The notes: a model not told the origin generated them from the letters alone. Counted from the stretch's first letter, positions 1 to 11,615 are shown. The stretch is DNA of 64,000 bases from Dehalococcoidia bacterium (GCA_965207695.1 CBDBNA010000010.1:31764-95763), one strand, 5' to 3'. Numbers and translations: made by a program.

Positions 1-2
1 AG

Positions 3-719
3 GGCGCCGATGTCGTCGTCGCCGACCTCGACGCCGAACAGGGCGAGGAGACGGTGCGGCTCGTCCGCGCGGCCGGCCGCGACGCCCGCTTCGTCCGCAC
101 CGACACGACCAGCGAGGCGGACTGTCTGGCGATGGTGCAGGCCGCCGTCGACGCGTTCGGCGGCGTGGACGTCTGCGTGGCCGCGGCGGGCATCGGCTTT
201 GGCGGCTACGTGAGCGGTAAGCAATGGCGCAGAGAGGGCTCGCCCGCCGACTGGCACGTCACGCGGCAGTCGCTGGACCACTGGCGGGAGGTGCTCGACG
301 TCAACCTGACCGGCGTCATGCTGACCGATCGCGCCGTCGCGCGGCGGATGATCGACCAGGGCCGCGGCGGGTCGATCATCAACATCGCCTCGATCTACGC
401 GAAGCGCGCCCCCGCGAGCAGCTCGGCGTACGCCGTCTCCAAGGCCGGTGTGTGGATGCTGACCAAGGTCGCGGCGCTGGAACTCGTGAAGGATCGGATC
501 CGCGTCAACGCGATCGGCCCCGGCTACATCGAGACGCACATGACGTTCGCCGCCCAGGAGAGCGAGGAGTTGATGCGCAGCCTGCTCGCCGACGTGCCCA
601 TGGGCCGCCTGGGCCGGCCGCGCGACATCGCCGACGCGGCGCTCTTCCTCGCCTGCGACGAATCATCCTACTTCACCGGCGAGATCCTGCACCCGGACGG
701 GGGCTACTTCACGGAGTAG
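3..719 (+). CDS. short-chain dehydrogenase/reductase (SDR), N-terminus off the window edge
   Basis: Open from nt 3 in frame with track ORF 54..719 (GADVVVADLDAEQGEETVRLV...). SDR signatures NIASI, Y-x3-K (SAYAVSKAG), NAIGPGYIET, LFLACDESSYFTGE. Confidence 0.9.
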   Translation, partial: GADVVVADLDAEQGEETVRLVRAAGRDARFVRTDTTSEADCLAMVQAAVDAFGGVDVCVAAAGIGFGGYVSGKQWRREGSPADWHVTRQSLDHWREVLDVNLTGVMLTDRAVARRMIDQGRGGSIINIASIYAKRAPASSSAYAVSKAGVWMLTKVAALELVKDRIRVNAIGPGYIETHMTFAAQESEELMRSLLADVPMGRLGRPRDIADAALFLACDESSYFTGEILHPDGGYFTE

Positions 720-741
720 CCGGCACACGGCCGATAGGGGG

Positions 742-1182
742 CTAGCCGCCCTCCGCCGCATCCTCGGCGGCGGCTTGGCCGTCGCTGAAGCCCTCCGCGA
801 AGGACGCATCGACCTCCGCCTCGGTCGCCTCCGGGTCGAAGGCGCCGAAGGTCGTGCCGAGCAGCAGCGCCAGCACCACGCCCAGCACGAAGGAGCTGCC
901 CAGCACCACCGATCGACGTCGCAGCACGGACGACGGTTCTGGCGGGGCCTCGGGCAACTCCTCCAGCGAGGCCGCCCCCCCGCCGACCTCGGGCTGCACG
1001 GCGGCGCGCTGGGCCGGCCGGGAGCGACGCGGACGCGGCGCCGGCCCGCCGTCCCCGGAGCGGCGCAGCGCCTCGAAGGAGCGTGCGTCGCCGGGATCCC
1101 ACAGGTAATCCGTGGAGTCCGGCCCCGCTTCGGCCTCGGGCCGGCCCAGGAGCGCGCGCAGTCGCTGCTGCCAGCCCGACAT
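742..1182 (-). CDS. hypothetical small membrane protein
   Basis: Last 146 codons of track ORF 742..1911. ATG at 1182 follows GGGGGAGG. The rest of the long ORF is an antisense shadow of the PTE gene. One hydrophobic helix (VVLGSSFVLGVVLALLLGTTFGAF). No family recognised. Confidence 0.55.
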   Translation of the reverse strand: MSGWQQRLRALLGRPEAEAGPDSTDYLWDPGDARSFEALRRSGDGGPAPRPRRSRPAQRAAVQPEVGGGAASLEELPEAPPEPSSVLRRRSVVLGSSFVLGVVLALLLGTTFGAFDPEATEAEVDASFAEGFSDGQAAAEDAAEGG

Positions 1183-1294
1183 CGCTACCTCCCCCCGGGC
1201 CCGGTGGTCGCGGCCATTGGGCAATGCTAGGGCTAGACTGCGCCCCGGGCACACGGCGGCGCGACCGCCCCGGCGGCGGTCCGCACGCGGAGGG

Positions 1295-2251
1295 ATGGCA
1301 GCCATGTCCACGGTCAACGGGGTTCTCGGCCCCATCGACAGCGCCGATCTCGGCTTCACGCTGATGCACGAGCACGTGGCCGTCGCCTCGGCCGGCTTCT
1401 GGCAGGCCTGGCCCGAGCTGTTCGGCGGGCGCGAGGCGTGCATCGAGCGGATCGGCGGCATCCTCGCCGAGGCCAAGGCCGGCGGCGTCGAGACGTTCGT
1501 CGACGTGACGACCATCGACCTCGGCCGCGACATCCGCCTGATCCGCGACGTCGCCGAGCGCTCGGGCATGAACATCGTCGCCTGCACCGGCCACTGGCTC
1601 GATCCGTCGCGCTCGATGGCCGCCCGCACCGTCGAGGAGTTGATGGCGCTGTTCGTCAAGGAGATCGAGCAGGGCATCGAGGGCACGACGATCAAGGCGG
1701 GCATCCTCAAGCTCGCCAACGACGACACGCCGCAGCTTTCCCGCTTCGGCGAGAAGGCGGCGCGGGCCGTCGCGCGGGCGCATCTGGCGACCGGCGTCCC
1801 GATCACGACGCACGCCGGCGCCAAGCTGGAGATCGGCTTCCGCCAGGCGGAGGTCTTCGAGGAGGAGGGCGTCGACCCCGGCCGCGTGATCATCGGCCAC
1901 AGCGACGACACCGACTCGATGCACTACCTCACCGGCCTCATGGACCGGGGCTACTGGGTGGGCCTGGACCGCCTGCCCATGCACGACCCGCCCTTCGCCG
2001 TCCGGGCCGGCACCTGCGCCGCCCTGATCGAGCGGGGCTACGCGGACCAGTTGGTCCTCTCGCACGACTACCCGCTCGACATCCAGCTGGCGCCGACGGC
2101 GTTCCGGGACGAGGAGTGGGGCCCGATGAACCCCGACGGCATCCGGTTCATCCAGCGGCGCTTCCTGCCCGGCCTGCGCGAGCGCGGCGTCGGCGCGGCG
2201 GTCTGCGAGCAGCTCACCGTCGAGAACCCGCGCCGCTTCTTCGAGGGCTGA
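1295..2251 (+). CDS. phosphotriesterase-family (PTE/Php-like) metal-dependent hydrolase
   Basis: Track ORF 1112..2251 trimmed to ATG 1295 (alternative ATG 1304) next to GGAGGG. HxH metal motif (LMHEHV) and PTE-like TIM-barrel sequence through VLSHDYP. Confidence 0.85.
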   Translation: MAAMSTVNGVLGPIDSADLGFTLMHEHVAVASAGFWQAWPELFGGREACIERIGGILAEAKAGGVETFVDVTTIDLGRDIRLIRDVAERSGMNIVACTGHWLDPSRSMAARTVEELMALFVKEIEQGIEGTTIKAGILKLANDDTPQLSRFGEKAARAVARAHLATGVPITTHAGAKLEIGFRQAEVFEEEGVDPGRVIIGHSDDTDSMHYLTGLMDRGYWVGLDRLPMHDPPFAVRAGTCAALIERGYADQLVLSHDYPLDIQLAPTAFRDEEWGPMNPDGIRFIQRRFLPGLRERGVGAAVCEQLTVENPRRFFEG

Positions 2252-2282
2252 GCCGCCACAGCGCGGCGGGAGGAGACGAGCG

Positions 2283-3467
2283 ATGGGCATCATGGACGGC
2301 GTCACGGCCGTCGAGCTGGGGGTCTGGGTGGCGGGCCCCGCGGTCGGCGGCGTCCTGGCCGATTGGGGCGCGGACGTCGTCAAGGTGGAGGGGCTGGATG
2401 CCGACCCCTTCCGCGGCGCCCTCGCCGAGGTCGCCGACTTCTCCGCCGCCTTCGATCTGGACAACCGCGGCAAGCGCGCGCTGGCCATCGACTGGCGCAG
2501 CGACGAAGGCGCGGCGATCGTGGGCCGGCTGGCCGACCAGGCGGACGTCTTCGTCACCAACCTGCGCCCAGGCGGGCTCGCCCTGGCCGGCCTCGATTAC
2601 GAGACGCTGCGCGCCCGCAACCCCCGCCTGATCTACGCGTCGGTCACCGGCTACGGCCTGCACTCCAGCGAGGCCGACCGCCCCGCCTTCGACATCGGCG
2701 CGTTCTGGTCGCGCGCGGGCATCGCCCACCTGGTCGGGCGGCCCGGCGGGGAGCCGGGTGGGATCCGCCCCGGCTTGGGGGACCACACCGCCGCGATGCA
2801 GGCGCTGGCCGGCATCACGGCGGCGCTCTACCACCGCGAGCGCACGGGCGAGGGGCAGCAGGTGCGCGTCTCGCTGCTGCGCGCCGGCGCCTACACCATC
2901 GGCTGGGACATCAGTTCGGCGCTGACCGGCGCGGGGGTCATGCCCCTCCATCGCGACCAGCACCCCAACCTGCTGATCGCCCCGTTCCGCACGCGCGACG
3001 GCGGCTACATGCAGTTGCTGATGATGCAGGGCGACCGCTTCTGGCCGCAGTTCTGCCGCGCCGTCGCGCGCCCCGAGTGGGAGCACGACCCGCGCTTCGC
3101 GACGCTCGCCGACCGGGCCGAGAACGCCGTGCCGCTGGACGAAGCGATGACCGCGGTGATGGCGCAGAAGACGCGCGACGAATGGGCCGCGATCTTCGAC
3201 CGCGAGGGCGTCTGGTGGGCCCCGGTCCAGACGATGGACGAGGTCATCGCCGATCCGGGCATGGCCGAGGCGGGCGCCTGGGCGTCGCAGCCCCGACCCG
3301 AGGGTGATGCGCGGGTCGTCGCCTCCCCCGTCGATTTCGGCGAGACGCCCTGGGCGCTGCGCGGTCCGGCCCCGGAGTTCGGCCAGCACACCGAGGAGAT
3401 CCTGCTCGAACTCGGCTACGACTGGGACGGGATCATCGGCCTGAAGGACCGCGGCCTGATCCCCTGA
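2283..3467 (+). CDS. family III CoA-transferase (CaiB/BaiF)
   Basis: ATG 2283 after GGGAGGAG. N-terminal GVWVAGPAVGGVLADWGADVVKVE is typical of family III CoA-transferases. 394 aa. Confidence 0.9.
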   Translation: MGIMDGVTAVELGVWVAGPAVGGVLADWGADVVKVEGLDADPFRGALAEVADFSAAFDLDNRGKRALAIDWRSDEGAAIVGRLADQADVFVTNLRPGGLALAGLDYETLRARNPRLIYASVTGYGLHSSEADRPAFDIGAFWSRAGIAHLVGRPGGEPGGIRPGLGDHTAAMQALAGITAALYHRERTGEGQQVRVSLLRAGAYTIGWDISSALTGAGVMPLHRDQHPNLLIAPFRTRDGGYMQLLMMQGDRFWPQFCRAVARPEWEHDPRFATLADRAENAVPLDEAMTAVMAQKTRDEWAAIFDREGVWWAPVQTMDEVIADPGMAEAGAWASQPRPEGDARVVASPVDFGETPWALRGPAPEFGQHTEEILLELGYDWDGIIGLKDRGLIP

Positions 3468-3559
3468 CCGGGGCGGACGTCGCGTTCGCCCGCGCCCTAT
3501 CCTCATGACGGCCGCCGCGCGCAGGACGCGAGGGCACGACGCCAGGGGAGGACCGCCCG

Positions 3560-3859
3560 ATGGACGCCGCGACCGAACAGTACCCCGTCCGACTTCAGAT
3601 CGATCTCAGCGAGCGCGGCAACCGGCTCACGACCCTGTTCCGGCTCCTCCTGGCGATCCCGCACCTCATCGTGCTGAACGTGGTCGGCATCCTCGTGGAG
3701 CTCTTGGTGATCGTGCTCTGGGTCGTGATCGTCATCACGGGCAGGCGGCCGGCGGGGCTCGCGGGAATCCTCGTGTACGTCCTGCGCTGGTGCACCCGCG
3801 TCAACGCGTACCTGCTGCTGCTGACCGACGAGTACCCGCCCTTCAACGGCGACGAGTGA
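3560..3859 (+). CDS. DUF4389-like small membrane protein
   Basis: ATG 3560 after GGGGAGGA. YPVRLQIDLSERGNRLTTLFRLLLAIPHLIV plus a second hydrophobic helix matches my recollection of DUF4389. Confidence 0.7.
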   Translation: MDAATEQYPVRLQIDLSERGNRLTTLFRLLLAIPHLIVLNVVGILVELLVIVLWVVIVITGRRPAGLAGILVYVLRWCTRVNAYLLLLTDEYPPFNGDE

Positions 3860-3884
3860 CGCGCGCCGGCCCACCGCGCGGGCG

Positions 3885-4883
3885 CTACCCGACCAGGGCG
3901 CGCAGGATCTCCATCCGGCGCTCGGGCGTCGCGCCTTCCACCCGCACCTCGTGCAGGTCGGCGCCGGACGCCGCCTGCGCCTCGATCCGCGCCAGGCAGT
4001 CGTCGAGTGAGCCGCTGTAGAGGAACTCGGGCGCGATCGGCGCGGCCAGCTCGGCCGCGGCGGCGGGCCCCTCGTCCCGCCAGGCCTGCTGGATCGCCGC
4101 CGCCTCCTCGCCGAAGCCCTGCCGGACGAACTGCCGCGCGTAGAGCGGCCCGTTGCGCGCCGCCGAGAAGGCCAGCCCCGCGGCCGACTGCGCCCGCGAC
4201 CGCGCCAGCCGCTCCGCATCCTCGACGACCGTCACCATGCCGGGCGCGCGCACGGTGAACGCCGCCGGGTCGCGTCCGGCCGCCGCCGCCCAGCCGCGCG
4301 CGGCGGCGATCTCGGCCGCCAGCCGGTCGCGGGGGATCCAACTCGGCAGCCAGCCCTCCGTCTCCTCCGCCGTCATGCGCACCATGCCGGGGTGCAGCGT
4401 GGCCAGGTAGATCGGCGGCGACGGCTGCACCGGCCGCGCGCCCATCACCAGCGCGCGCCGGACGGGGAAGCGCGGCCCCGGATGGTCGAAGCGTTCCTTC
4501 GACCAGTAGGCGCGCAGCAGCGCGATCGTCTCCCGGATACGCGCCTTCGGCGCCTCGAAGGGCAGCCCGTAGAAGCGCTCGATCATCCCCGGGCCGCTCG
4601 CGCCGAGCCCCACGATGACCCGCCCGCCCGAAAGCTCATCGATCGTCGCGAAGTGCTGCGCCAGGGCGCCCGGCGTGCGCGAGTACACGTTGACGACGCT
4701 GGTCCCCAGCTTCACGCGTTGCGTCCCGCGGGCCAGCAGCGCCAGCCCCGAGAAGGCGTCGTGGCCGAAGCCCTCGGCCAACCACAGCGACTCGACGCCG
4801 GCCTCGTCGGCGGCGCGGGCCAGCGCGAGGAACTCGTCGATCCGCGTGGGATCCCAGTCCAGTCTGACGCAGATGCGGCGCAC
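3885..4883 (-). CDS. LLM-class (luciferase-like) flavin/F420-dependent oxidoreductase
   Basis: GTG 4883 after AAGGGAG. ESLWLAEGFGHDAFSGLALLA and GRVIVGLGASGP are typical of luciferase-like monooxygenases. Confidence 0.85.
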   Translation of the reverse strand: MRRICVRLDWDPTRIDEFLALARAADEAGVESLWLAEGFGHDAFSGLALLARGTQRVKLGTSVVNVYSRTPGALAQHFATIDELSGGRVIVGLGASGPGMIERFYGLPFEAPKARIRETIALLRAYWSKERFDHPGPRFPVRRALVMGARPVQPSPPIYLATLHPGMVRMTAEETEGWLPSWIPRDRLAAEIAAARGWAAAAGRDPAAFTVRAPGMVTVVEDAERLARSRAQSAAGLAFSAARNGPLYARQFVRQGFGEEAAAIQQAWRDEGPAAAAELAAPIAPEFLYSGSLDDCLARIEAQAASGADLHEVRVEGATPERRMEILRALVG

Positions 4884-4913
4884 GGCGGCGCTCCCTTCTC
4901 CCGTCCCGATCGA

Positions 4914-5665
4914 TCAGGGCCAGCGGGCGCGGGCGATCTCATCCTCCAGGTGCAGCGGCTCCAGGCCGAGCGGGGCCAGCAACGGCGACGGCGCGCCCAG
5001 ACGCCAGGCCGGCATCGCGCGGGGGAAGTCGGCCGCCGTGGGCTCCTGCCGGCCCAGGACGAGCATCGGGATGGCCGGCAGGCGCTCCTGGAGGAAGCGC
5101 AGGTTCTCGGCCTCGACGACCGCGGGGGCGAGCGCCGGAGAGGAGGCGTAGCCGCTGACGACGATCAGCGCCACGTCGAGGCCCCGCCGCTCCGCCGCCT
5201 CGACGCTCAGCAGCGTGTGGTTGAGCGTGCCCAGCGCCGGCCGCACGACCAGCACCAGCGGAGCCGGCATTGATGCCGCCAGATCGGCCATGTCGGTTTC
5301 GTCGGTGATCGTGACGAGCAGCCCGCCGGCGCCCTCGACGAACGTCACGTCGTGCGCCTCTCCGATCGCGCGGCAGTCGCGCAGCGCCTCCTCGACCGAG
5401 AGCGTGACGCCCGCCCGACGCGCCGCGATCGACGGGGCGAGCGGCTCGGGCAGGGTCGACAGCGTGCGCAGCGTGGCCGCATCGCCCAGGGCCGCGCGGT
5501 ACATGGCCTCGTCGCCCTCGCGGGCAGGGTCGGTGGCGCCGGTCTGGAACGGCTTGACGAGCGCCACGCGCCGCCCGGCCCGTTGCAGCGCCCAGCCCAG
5601 CCAGGCCGTCGCGACGGTCTTGCCGGCGTCGGTGTCGGTGCCGGTGACGAAGTACAGCTCGCCGC

Positions 5666-5669
<4 letters not shown>
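4914..5669 (-). CDS. bioD: dethiobiotin synthetase
   Basis: FVTGTDTDAGKTV P-loop typical of BioD. GTG 5669 overlaps the bioF stop (GTGA). Confidence 0.9.
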
Positions 5670-6844
<1,175 letters not shown>

Positions 6845-8358
6845 GGGCCACCGCCTCGCAGATCTGGGCGAGTTCGCCGGCTTCGATCGAGAGGGGCGGC
6901 ATCAGGATCACGACGTCGCCCAGCGGGCGCAGCAGCACGTCGCGATCGCGCGCGGCCATGCAGACCTGCGCGCCCATCCGCGCCGCCGCCGGGAAGGGCG
7001 TGCGCGACGCCCGGTCGGCCACCAGTTCGATGCCGACCATCAGCCCCTGCTGCCGCACCTCGCCGACCTGCGGGTGGCCGGCGACGCGCTCCGCCAGCAG
7101 CGACTCCAGCTGGCCCGCCCGCTCGCGCGCCCGGCCCAGCACGTCCTCGCTCGCGAACACGTCGAAGTTGGCCAGGGCGGCCGCCGCGCAGATGGGATTC
7201 CCGGCGTAGGTGTGCCCGTGGTAGAAGGTGCGCTGGTTGCCGGGGTCGTAGAAGTTGGCGTAGACGCGCTCCGTCGCGACGGTCGCCGAGAGCGGCAGGT
7301 AGCCGCCGGTGATGCCCTTGCCCAGCGCCATGATGTCGGGCGTGACGCCCTCCAGGTCGCAGGCGAACATCTGGCCGGTGCGCCCGAAGCCGGTCGCGAC
7401 CTCGTCGGCGATCAGCAGCACGTCGAACTCGTCGCAGAGGCGGCGCACGCCGGCCAGGTGGCCCTCGCCGGAGACGATCATCCCGCCCGCGCCCTGCACG
7501 CGCGGCTCGATGATGACCGCCGCGCTCTCATTGGCGTGCCGCTCGAGCAGCGATCGCAGCGAGTCCAGCGATCGCTGCGTGGCCTCGGCGCGCGTCGTGC
7601 CCGGCGCCATGCCGAAGGCGTAGGGGCTGTCGAAGCGCAGCGGCTCGAACAGCAGCGGCGCGTAGGGGTCGCGGAAGCGGCCCGGCCCGCCCAGGCTCAC
7701 GCCGCCGATCGTGTCGCCGTGGTAGGCGTGCTCCAGCGCGATGATGCGGCGGCGCTCCGACTTCCCGGCGTTGGCCCAGAACTGCACCGCCATCTTCAGC
7801 GCCACCTCGACGGCGCTGGCGCCGTTCTCGCTGAAGAAGCTGCGCGTCAGGCCGGGCGGCAGCAGCGACGGCAGCCGCTCCGCCAGCTCGATCGCGCGCG
7901 GATGGCTGACGCCCAGCAGCGTGCTGTGCTGCAGCGTCGCCGCTTGCTCCTGGATCGCGCGCACGATCTCGGGGCGCCCGTGCCCGTGCACGTTGCACCA
8001 CAGCGAGGCCACGCCGTCGATGTAGGAGCGGCCGTCGGTCGCGATCAGCCGGTTGCCCTCGGCCCGCTCGACGACGAGCGCCGGGTCGGCGTCGAAGATC
8101 GCCATCTGCGTGAAGGGGTGCCAGACCGGGGAGTGGCCGGCGGGCGCGGTATCCACGGGTCGCGTCGTCCTTTCCGGCGCGCGGGCGGTCCTCTGGGACG
8201 CCCCGCCGCGCGGTCGAGCGGTCATGCTCCCCTAGTAATACTCGCAAGCGCGGATACTCGCTGCCCCGTCGCGAGCGGCGGCATGGGGTAGCATCCCGCC
8301 AGCGCGTCTCGGGATGGCCGGATGGACCGGCCGCCGCGACCGCGACGGGGAGCGCGCG

Positions 8359-9600
8359 ATGCCCGCAGCCCTCGACGGCGTCACCGTCCTCGACCTCAGC
8401 GAGTGGATCGCCGGGCCCTACGCGAGCAAGCTCTTCGCCGACGCGGGCGCCGACGTGATCAAGGTCGAGCGCCCCGGCGGCGACCCCAGCCGCGGCGTGG
8501 GTCCGTTCGCGGGCGGGACACCCCACCGCGAGAAGAGCGGCACGTTCTTCTACTTCAACACGGGCAAGCGCTCGGTCGTCCTCGACCTCAAGCAGCCGGC
8601 GGCGCGGGACGCCTTCCTGCGCCTCGTCGACCGGGCCGACATCGTCCTGGAGAGCTACCGCCCGGGGGTGCTCGACCGGCTCGGCGTCGGCTGGGAGCGC
8701 ATCCACGCGCGCAAGCCCGAGATCGCGCTGGTCTCGCTGGCCCCCTTCGGGCAGGACAGCCCCTACCGCGACTACAAGCTGACCGACCTGACGCTGTTCG
8801 GCATGTGCGGCGAGATGTACTCGATGGGCGTCGCGGAGGCGGAGCCGATGAAGATGTACGGCACCGCGGCCCTGGTGCAGTGCGGGGCCGCCGCCGCCGC
8901 CGCGGCCATGGGCGCCCTGACGGCCAGCGAGACGCAGGGCCTGGGCCAGCACGTCGACCTCGCCCTGGCCGACCTCCAGTTCAACGGCACCGACCGCCGC
9001 CACGCGGCCCAGATCGGCAACCAGTTCTCCGGGCGCAAGTCACTGCGCGCGTCGGGCGGGGGCGCCTTCCTGATCCTCGGCGGCGTCTACCACTGCGCCG
9101 ACGGCTACGTGCTGTTCGTCAGCGCCAACCAGCACCTGGACCGCGTGCGCGCGATGCTCGGTCACCCGGCCTGGCTCGACGATCCGAAGTGGGACGACCC
9201 CGCCGCCCAGTTCGACCCCGACGTCATCGGCGAATTCGACGCCTACTTCCTGCCCTGGTGCCTGGATCGCACGAAGCGCGAGATCTGGGCGCTGGCCCGT
9301 GAGCACCGCGTGCTGTGCGGGCCGCTGTTCACCGTCGAGGAGCTCTACGCCGACGAGCACTTCCGCGGCCGCGGTCTGTTCACCGCCCTCGACCACCCCG
9401 ACGTCGGACGCGTCGAGGTGCCCGGCCGGGCCGTGCTGATGGGCGCGACGCCCTGGCGGATCAGCCGTCCCGCGCCGCGGCTGGGCCAGCACACGCGCGA
9501 GGTTCTCGGCGAAGCCGGCCTCGACGGCGGCGAGGTCGAGGCGCTGATCGCCTCCGGCGCGGCCGCGCCGTCCCCGACCAACGGAGCGGCGGCGTCGTGA
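8359..9600 (+). CDS. family III CoA-transferase (first of an adjacent pair)
   Basis: Track ORF 8314..9600 trimmed to ATG 8359 (MPAALDGVTVLDLSEWIAGPYASKLFADAGADVIKVE). Confidence 0.85.
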   Translation: MPAALDGVTVLDLSEWIAGPYASKLFADAGADVIKVERPGGDPSRGVGPFAGGTPHREKSGTFFYFNTGKRSVVLDLKQPAARDAFLRLVDRADIVLESYRPGVLDRLGVGWERIHARKPEIALVSLAPFGQDSPYRDYKLTDLTLFGMCGEMYSMGVAEAEPMKMYGTAALVQCGAAAAAAAMGALTASETQGLGQHVDLALADLQFNGTDRRHAAQIGNQFSGRKSLRASGGGAFLILGGVYHCADGYVLFVSANQHLDRVRAMLGHPAWLDDPKWDDPAAQFDPDVIGEFDAYFLPWCLDRTKREIWALAREHRVLCGPLFTVEELYADEHFRGRGLFTALDHPDVGRVEVPGRAVLMGATPWRISRPAPRLGQHTREVLGEAGLDGGEVEALIASGAAAPSPTNGAAAS

Positions 9601-10925
9601 GCGCGCCGCGGCCCCTGGAGGGCGTCCGCGTGCTGGACCTCTGCGTCGTCTGGGCCGGGACCTACGCGACCTGCATCCTGGCCGACCTCGGCGCCGAGGT
9701 GATCAAGCTCGAGAACGTGCACGTCTTCCCGCCCATGACCCGCGGCGGGCGGGCGCGGCCGCCGAAAGCGATGATGGCGGGCCACCTCGCCTGGGGCACG
9801 GGCTACCCCAACAACGAGCCCGGCCCGCGCCCCTGGAACTACTGCCCCACCTTCGTGCAGCTGTATCGCAACAAGAAGAGCGTCACGATCGACCTCACCA
9901 GCGCGCGGGGCAAGGAGCTGCTGCGCCCGCTGATCGAGGGGGCCGACGTCTTCGTCGAGAACAACGCCGTCGGCACGGCCGAGAAGCTGGGGCTGGACTA
10001 CGAGTCGCTCCGCGCGATCCGGCCCGACATCATCATGCTGCGCGCGCCGGGCTACGGCCTGACCGGACCCTATCGCGAGGCGCGCACGCTGGGCGCGCAC
10101 CTGGAGAGCGTGACCGGCCACACGCTGCTGCGCAGCTACCCCGATCGCGACCCCTCCGACACCAGCGCCATCTTCGCCGGCGACCACATGGCGGGGTCGC
10201 AGGGGGCGTTCGCCATCATGGCGGCGCTGCGGCACCGGCGCCGCACCGGCGAGGGCCAGTTGATCGAGCTGGCGCAGGCCGAAGCGGCCGCCCCGATGGT
10301 CGCGCAGGCCTACATGCACCAGGCCTTTCACGGCTCGCCGCCCGCGCCCGTGGGCAACCACTCGATCTACGGCTTCGCGCCGCACAACGTCTATCCCTGC
10401 CGCTCCCCGGGCGACGCGACGGACGGCGGCGACCGCTGGATCGCCATCACCGTCACCAGCGACGACGAGTGGCGCGCCCTGCGGACCGAGATGGGCTCGC
10501 CGCCCTGGGCCGACGCCTCGCTCGACGCGACCGCTGCCCGGCTCGCCCGCCAGGACGAGATCGACGCGGAGATCGCCGCCTGGACCCGCGACCAGGACGA
10601 CTACGACCTCTTCCACCGGCTGCAAGCGGCGGGCGTCCCGGCGGCGCCCATCCTGGAGGCCTCGCGCGTCTTCGACGACCCGCACGTCCAGGCCCGCGAG
10701 CTCAACTCGCCGCAGATGCTGCCCGACGGCCTGGGCCCCTACCTGTTCAACAACCCGCCCTACCGGTTCCCCGCCACGCCGCTGCGCCACGCGCGCCCCC
10801 CCGTCGCGCTGGGGCAGGACAACGAGTACGTCTACACGCAGTTGATCGGCCTCTCCCCGGCCGAGTACCAGGCCATCGTCGCCGCCGGCGACGCGGGAAC
10901 CGAGTTCGACGCGGATATTCCCTGA
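9597..10925 (+). CDS. family III CoA-transferase (second of an adjacent pair)
   Basis: GTG 9597 overlaps the upstream TGA (GTGA). EGVRVLDLCVVWAGTYATCILADLGAEVIKLE. The upstream part of track ORF 9315..10925 overlaps the previous gene. Confidence 0.85.
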   Translation: MSAPRPLEGVRVLDLCVVWAGTYATCILADLGAEVIKLENVHVFPPMTRGGRARPPKAMMAGHLAWGTGYPNNEPGPRPWNYCPTFVQLYRNKKSVTIDLTSARGKELLRPLIEGADVFVENNAVGTAEKLGLDYESLRAIRPDIIMLRAPGYGLTGPYREARTLGAHLESVTGHTLLRSYPDRDPSDTSAIFAGDHMAGSQGAFAIMAALRHRRRTGEGQLIELAQAEAAAPMVAQAYMHQAFHGSPPAPVGNHSIYGFAPHNVYPCRSPGDATDGGDRWIAITVTSDDEWRALRTEMGSPPWADASLDATAARLARQDEIDAEIAAWTRDQDDYDLFHRLQAAGVPAAPILEASRVFDDPHVQARELNSPQMLPDGLGPYLFNNPPYRFPATPLRHARPPVALGQDNEYVYTQLIGLSPAEYQAIVAAGDAGTEFDADIP

Positions 10926-10929
10926 GTCA

Positions 10930-10983
10930 GATCCCCTCTCACCTCTGGGGAGACGGTTAGGGGGGGTCCGGGTGAGGGGGATC
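10930..10983. repeat. imperfect inverted repeat of the CCCCTC/GAGGGG REP-like family
   Basis: GATCCCCTC(TC)ACC ... GGTGAGGGGGATC flank a GGGGAGA core, immediately downstream of the NYN gene. Confidence 0.5.
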
Positions 10984-10988
10984 CGGCG

Positions 10989-11615
10989 TTAGGCAGTCGT
11001 CCGCTGCGCCAGATCGAGCGGCGCGGACTCCCGTCCGGGCGCGAACTCGAAGCCGGGCCTGGACGGCTCCACGAACGTGACCGCGTCATAGAAGTCGTCC
11101 AGCGCGACGAAGACGCCGTTCTCCTCCGCCCACTGGCGCATGCGCTGGTTGCAGGAGTGCGCCCAGGACAGGATCTCCACCCGCCAGCCGCGCTTGTGCA
11201 TGCGCTCCAGCGTGCTGTGGAAGCCGGCCCCCTCGAGGTAGCCCGCGCCGTCGCCGGTGAGCAGCACCGCGATGCCCGGGTTCCCGTTGTGATCGAGCGC
11301 GTCTTCCAGCATCCGCAGTTGCAGCACGCGGTCGGGCATCTCCTGCTCACCGCGTTCCGGCCTGCCGCGGTCGAACGGCCGCACCTCCACGCCGGAGCCT
11401 TCGAGGCGGTTCCAGAGTTGGCGCATCTCCGGCGGGATCGAGCCGACGGCAACGGCATGCTGGACTTCCCGCCCCGCGTGCGCCAAGCGCAGCATCGCGT
11501 CGAAGTTGACCCGCACCAAGTAGCGCGCGCCGGGGCTGCTCTCGCGCTCCTCGGCGAGGCGCTGCGCTTCGTGGAAGATGTTCGAGTTGTCCCAGTAGAT
11601 GAAGACGCTGTTCAT
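10989..11615 (-). CDS. NYN-domain (LabA/DUF88-like) putative ribonuclease
   Basis: ATG 11615. FIYWDNSNIFHEA and LLTGDGAGY match the NYN/LabA PIN-like pattern. 208 aa. Confidence 0.75.
   Translation of the reverse strand: MNSVFIYWDNSNIFHEAQRLAEERESSPGARYLVRVNFDAMLRLAHAGREVQHAVAVGSIPPEMRQLWNRLEGSGVEVRPFDRGRPERGEQEMPDRVLQLRMLEDALDHNGNPGIAVLLTGDGAGYLEGAGFHSTLERMHKRGWRVEILSWAHSCNQRMRQWAEENGVFVALDDFYDAVTFVEPSRPGFEFAPGRESAPLDLAQRTTA

Noticed and set aside
704-2560. 618-aa minus-strand ORF, and similar 300-500-aa ORFs overlapping the PTE and CoA-transferase genes
   Set aside because: Arg/Ala/Gly/Pro-rich low-complexity translations lying antisense to genes with clear family signatures. These are typical stop-codon-poor shadow ORFs in high-GC DNA. 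Only the last 146 codons of 742..1911 look like a real gene.
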